This document shows, piece after piece, positions 30,301-36,300 of a DNA stretch of 37,996 bases. The position numbers and the translations under genes are program-made. The stretch is from Candidatus Hadarchaeota archaeon. GTDB lineage: Archaea; Hadarchaeota; Hadarchaeia; Hadarchaeales; JAWBSP01. Below the pieces are notes generated by a model. It was not told the DNA's origin and made no database searches. It saw nothing but the letters and a program-made list of their open reading frames with translations. Position 1 is the first letter of the stretch. Every line of letters begins with the position of its first letter. The stretch lies in NCBI GenBank assembly GCA_964474885.1, contig CAYYWO010000010.1, forward strand, positions 1 through 37,996. Reading direction: 5' to 3'.

Positions 30301-33300
30301 CCTCACATGGTTGTCGGGTGGGGAGTAGAGGCCCGGAGTGGAGGGAGGTTTGACGTCCAGCCTGAAGCTCCAGACCTCCGACCAGTCACCCACGTTCCCT
30401 GCATTGTCCCTCGTCCTGACCCTCCAGTAGTACCTGTCCTCGGTGGTGAGCGGCGGGCTGATGCTCCACTTGTCCTCATGGATCCAGCCTGAGTCCCTCA
30501 GGATGGCAGAGAAGTCTGAGTAGGCGGAGACCTGCACCTGGTACATGACGGGCAGAGAGTTCTCCTCCACGGGCTCCCAGTCCAGGGAGGCGTTTTCGTT
30601 CACCCAGCTGTCATCCGCGGGGGAGGTGAGGGCGGGCGCGGCAGGCGGCAGCGTGTCGATGCGGAAGCTCAATTCGGCATTTTCCCCGATGTTCCCAGCA
30701 TTGTCCACGGCCCTCACCCTCAGGTAGTAGACACCGTCCGGCAGTTCCACCGGAACCGTGTAGGTGTTCTCCGTCAGCCCGCTCACGCTCACCTCCGGGG
30801 AGGAGAAGTCCGGGTCGTTGTCTATCCAGAGGTCGTAGGTCAGCGGGAATGAGTTCTCCTCAGGCGGGATCCACTCAATGGTGGGGGTATTGTCATTCGT
30901 GTTCTCCCCGGCTACAGGTTTCGTGATGGTGGGTGGGGAGGGTGCGAGGGTGTCTATCCTGACGGTCCAGACCTCGGACCAGGGGGAGTAGGCGTTCGTC
31001 CTCGCCTGTCTCACTCTCCAGTAGTAAAGCCCGTCGGTCAGCCCTGCAACGTACGTGTACTCGCTACCGATGAGGTCCGGCCTGTCTATTACGAGATCCG
31101 TGAACTGGTTGTCCGTGGCCACTTGCAGGTGGAAGTTATCGGCTGGTAGCAGGTTTTCCCAGTCGAAGGTCGGGGTCGGATTGTTGATGTTCTCCCCGTT
31201 TCTGGGGCTGATCAGCACGGGTGCGGGCACGGGCGCGGAAACGTTCTCGTTGGCCCACACCTCGATTGACCACCAGCTGGCCAGGGTCCGGACAGCACAG
31301 CTCCAGCCCTCCACCTGCCTCCATTCCGAGTAACCAACCGAGCCCGCCGCCCAAACCTCTACCTGCCTCCACCTGGCAAGTGCGGTGGTGCCCGACGCCC
31401 ATTTCTCGACCTGCATCCATCCAAGCACCAGGGTCCGGACGGTGCATCCCCAGCCCTCCACATGCCTCCACCCAGCCAGTGCAGTCGTGCCTGACGTCCA
31501 TCCCTCGACCTGCATCCATCCAAGCACTAGAGTCTGGACGGCACAGCTCCAGCCCTCCACGTATCTCCACTCAGAGTAACCAACCGAGGTAACCGTCCAG
31601 CCCTCTACCTGCGTCCACCTGGCTAGTGCGGTGATGCTTGACGTCCATTCCTCGACCAGTAGCCATCCTGCCGAGGTTCGGACCAGGCCTTTTAAGTTCT
31701 CCACTAGGAACCAGCCACCAACAGGGCCGTTGATCCCAGCAGTCCAGCCCTCGAGCAGGATCCAGTGCCCGACGTACAGTGCGAAGTTATCCGACCAGTC
31801 CCCAGCCCATCCCACGGCGTCTATCGCCCTCACCCTCCAGTAGTAAAGGCCGAACTCCGAGAAGGTGTAGGTGTGGTAGTTCTCGCTTGCCGGGATGTTG
31901 TCGTTCTCGTATACTATGTTAGAGAAGCCCGGATCGGTGGAGACCTGCAGGTGGTACCTGTCCACCCCTGAGAGCTCATCGCTCGCATCGTACCACCTGA
32001 AGGTAACGGTCAGGTTGTCCAGCGTGACGTTGTTTTCTGGCTTGTAAAGCGTCACCTTGCTGGGCGGGGTCCGGTCCACCTTGAACTGGTACCCCGTATC
32101 CCCGCCCGCCCACGGGCCTACGTTTCCGGCGTTGTCCACCGCGCAAACCCTCCAGTAGTACACGTCCTCCGTGGTTAGCGAGATTTGGAGGTTATCATCG
32201 TAGGTCCATTCGTCGATCGTGGGGCTCCCGAAGGAGGCTGCCTGGTTCCTGACCTGCACGTGGTACCTGACGGGCAGGGAGTTCTCCTGCACCGGCTCCC
32301 AGTCCAGGTTCACCTCCCCGTTGGTCCAAACCCCGCCCGTCGGGTAGACGACGCTGGGGGCTGCGGGAGGCAGGGTGTCCACCCTGAAGCTCCCCGCCGA
32401 CCAGCTCCCCGCATTCCCAGCATTGTCCCACCCCCTCACCCTCCAGTAATAAACGTTATCAGGTAACTCGACCGTCACCTGGCAGTTGTCGTTCTCCAGC
32501 CTGTTCTCGTGGAAGATTATGTTGGAGAAATCCGAGAGGTTCGAGACCTCCACCTCGTAGAGGACGGGCAGGGAGTTCTCTGGGCTCCCATCCTTCTCCT
32601 GGGTTACAGGCTCCCAGTCCAGGAAGGGGGTGTTGTCGTTCAGATTCTCCCCCTCGGCCGGGGAGACGAGCGTGGGCGCAGCTGGCCCTGTCGTGTCCAC
32701 CCTCACCCTCCAGACCTCCGACCAGGGTCCCTCAGCATCCCCCCGCTTCATCTTCACCCTCCAGTAGTACAGGGCATCTGCCAGGCTCCCTAGAGGTGTG
32801 TAGGACTTGGCCTCGATCCAGCCTGGCTCTATCTCCGGGGAGCTGAAGTCGGGGTCGTTGTCTACCTGCAACCAGTAGGCATCCGCCGGGAGGAGGTTCT
32901 CCCACTCGAAGGTCGGGCGGTTGTTGTTCGTGTTCAGGTTATCGGGTGGGGAGACGAGCACGGGTGCGGGCACGGGCGCGGAAATGTTCTCGTTGGCCCA
33001 CACCTCGATTGACCACCAGCCAGCGGTGGTCCTGACTCTACCGGGGCACTGTTCGATGGACCTCCAGCTCGCGAAAGCGGCAACGATTCCGGACCAAAGC
33101 TGAAGGAGGAGCCAAGCGGCAGCCGAGGAGGTGGAGCCCGACCAGTCTTCAAGCAGAAGCCAAGCGGCAGGGGCACTCACACCCCCGGATAGGCCCTCTA
33201 CACCCTCCCACCTAGCTGGAGCGAAGACGGATGCGGTTGTGCTCTCGACGGGTACCCATCCCGAGATGATCGTTCCAACCGATCCCGTCCAGGCTTGGAG

Positions 33301-36300
33301 TAGTAGCCAGCCCATCAGGATGGTCCCACTCCTGCAGTCCCAGCCTTCGACCCGCAGCCATCCGGTGATGATGGTGCCCAGGCCCCCGCTCCACGTGCTG
33401 AGACCGAGCCATCCGAGCAAGACCGTCCCGACTATGGCATCCCACCCATCTATTAGCTGCCAGGAGGCAATGGTGTTAAGACTAGCCAGCCACTGCTCCA
33501 GGAAGATCCAGTGTCCAACATATAACACAAAGTTATCCGACCAGTCCCCAGCCCATCCCACGGCGTCTATCGCCCTCACCCTCCAGTAGTAAAGGCCGAA
33601 CTCCGAGAAGGTGTAGGTGTGGTAGTTCTCGCTTGCCGGGATGTTGTCGTTCTCGTATACTATGTTAGAGAAGCCCGGATCGGTGGAGACCTGCAGGTGG
33701 TACCTGTCCACCCCTGAGAGCTCATCGCTCGCATCGTACCACCTGAAGGTAACGGTCAGGTTGTCCAGCGTGACGTTGTTTTCTGGCTTGTAAAGCGTCA
33801 CCTTGCTGGGCGGGGTCCGGTCCACCTTGAACTGGTACCCCGTATCCCCGCCCGCCCACGGGCCTACGTTTCCGGCGTTGTCCACCGCGCAAACCCTCCA
33901 GTAGTACACGTCCTCCGTGGTTAGCGAGATTTGGAGGTTATCATCGTAGGTCCATTCGTCGATCGTGGGGCTCCCGAAGGAGGCTGCCTGGTTCCTGACC
34001 TGCACGTGGTACCTGACGGGCAGGGAGTTCTCCTGCACCGGCTCCCAGTCCAGGTTCACCTCCCCGTTGGTCCAAACCCCGCCCGTCGGGTAGACGACGC
34101 TGGGGGCTGCGGGAGGCAGGGTGTCCACCCTGAAGCTCCCCGCCGACCAGCTCCCCGCATTCCCAGCATTGTCCCACCCCCTCACCCTCCAGTAATAAAC
34201 GTTATCAGGTAACTCGACCGTCACCTGGCAGTTGTCGTTCTCCAGCCTGTTCTCGTGGAAGATTATGTTGGAGAAATCCGAGAGGTTCGAGACCTCCACC
34301 TCGTAGAGGACGGGCAGGGAGTTCTCTGGGCTCCCATCCTTCTCCTGGGTTACAGGCTCCCAGTCCAGGAAGGGGGTGTTGTCGTTCAGATTCTCCCCCT
34401 CGGCCGGGGAGACGAGCGTGGGCGCCGCCGGCGGGGTCACGTCAATTCTGAACTGCCTAACTTCGGACCAAGCGGATTCTGCTTCCGTCCTTTTCATCTT
34501 AACCCTCCAGTAGTAAACCCCCTCATCCAAGGAGCCCAAGGGTGTGTAGCTCTTTGAGGTTATCCAGCCCGTGTCTATCACGAGTGAATTGAAATCCGGA
34601 CTCTCGTTGTCCACCTGTAAGTAGTAGTAGTCCGCCGGCTGGAGGTTGTCCCAGCTGAAGGTCGGCGTCTGGTCGTTCGTGTTCTCGTGATTCAAGGGCG
34701 TGAGCAAAATGGGGGCGGGGACGGGTGCCGAGACATTTTCATTCTCGAAGTTGTCGAGCAGGAGCCAGCTGGCAGAGGTTTGGCAGGAGCATGACCATGT
34801 CTCCAGGAGCCCCCAGCCCAGGACCGAAAAGCTCCCGCAGCTCCAAGACTCTAGCTGGAACCAGAGCCTGAGGTAGAAGCAGCGGTTCTCCGACCAGCTC
34901 TGGTTTCCGACCGCATCGATGGCCAGCACCCTCCAATAGTACAGCCCGATTTCCGAGGCGCTGAAGTCGTAGCTTTCTTGGGTCGGGGGTAGGAGCTCGT
35001 CCACCAGCGTCCCGTTGAGGAAGTTATCATCATTGTCGATCTGCAGCCGGTAGTTTTCAAGCCCCGATCCGCCGTCGTAGTCATGCCATTGCAGGGTAAC
35101 GCTCAGGCCCGTTATCTCCGCCTGGTTGTCCGGGCTCAGCAGGGTTGGCGCGGGGACCTCGTTATCCACCACGAAGGACTCCCTGACGCTGAACTCAGAC
35201 TCGTTCGGTGCAGGGTTGTTCACGTTATCCCTGGCCTTGACCCTCCAGTAGTAGGTCCTGCCGTTCTCGAAGGCCTGGTCGGCGACGAAGTAGTTCTCGG
35301 TTATCCATCCCGAGCTGTAGACATTGGTCAGGAAGTCCGGATCGGTCGAGTACTCCACGTAGTAGTAAACCGGGGTGGAGAGCTCTTCATCGCCATCGTT
35401 CTCCAGAGTGACCGAGGACCAGCGGAGGGTTGGGGTGGCCTGGGTGAACTGCCCGCCTGTGGGCGAGACAGGCTCCGGGATCTGGGGTGGTGTCGTGTCT
35501 ATCCTGAATGATCTGTATGCGGAGTAGTCCCCGACGTTCCCGGCATTGTCCTGGGCCCTCACCTTCCAGTAGTAAGTGTTGTCGGGCAGCTCCGGAGTTG
35601 TTACGTTGTCGTTCTCTATCCACCCGGAATCGAAGACGACATTTGTGAATCCGGAGTCCGTGGCCACCAGGACCTTGTAGAGGAGGGGCAAGGAGTTCTC
35701 GGGGGTGCCGTCGGTCTCCGTGGTTGGAGGATCCCAGTCGAGCAGGGGCGTGTTGTCGCTGAGCACCTCCCCGTCCTCGGGAGAGACGAGGGTCGGGACG
35801 GAGGGGGGCGTTAGGTCCACGTGGAAGACCCAGGGCTCCGTCCAGGCCCCCGGTGTGCCGGCGTACCACCTCCTGACTCTCCAGTAGTAGAAGCCCTCGG
35901 GCAGGGAGTTTTCTGGGGGAATCGTTATGGTGTTTTCAGTAGTGTTGTTCTCGTACTCGGGGGAGCTGAAGTCGGCATCGTTGTCCACCTGTATGTCGTA
36001 GTTGTCTGCCGGGATGCTCGTCCACCTGAAAGTTGGCGTATTGTCCTGCGTATTTGCACCGTTCTCTGGCTCAAGTAGGGTCGGTCCGGGTGGGCACCAG
36101 GTTATCTTCACCCAGTCCACGAGCGGTCCGTCTGCTCCCGAGAGCAGCTCGTTGTCCTCGGTTGCGAACTTGATCCTGTACTGGAAGTACCTGTTCTCGT
36201 TCCCCAGGGGTATGCGGGAGTTGTTTTCTATCCAAGTGTTTGTCGCCGAGTTGTCGTCGAACCACGTGTTGGACGTGTTGTCCGGTCCCTTCCAGGGGGA

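Larger units (their letters stand above)
20995..36095 (-). repeat. Array of 44 FN3-like domains arranged 4-W-4-W-4-W-4-W-10-W-18 (W = Trp-rich block)
   Basis: Manual count of DT.PP..P.L.SP.(D/N)G...NTP.(F/L).W...Y.(L/I).(V/I)DND.DFSSP...YYWRVRA.D.AGN...WS...F..D units. Confidence 0.85.

Noticed and set aside
31234-31764. CRISPR-like periodicity (~48-51 bp units)
   Set aside because: The units are degenerate in-frame codon repeats of the Trp motif, with no constant repeat plus unique spacer structure and no cas genes.
32977-33510. Trp-rich blocks as transmembrane helices
   Set aside because: Regularly spaced Glu/Arg/Gln residues break the hydrophobic runs, and the same FN3 types lie on both sides. 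Only 16735-16797 looks like a true TM helix.
31214-34425. Possible diversity-generating retroelement TR/VR pair
   Set aside because: No reverse transcriptase in the window. The repeats are either identical or differ at all base types rather than only at adenines, and both copies are in-frame coding.
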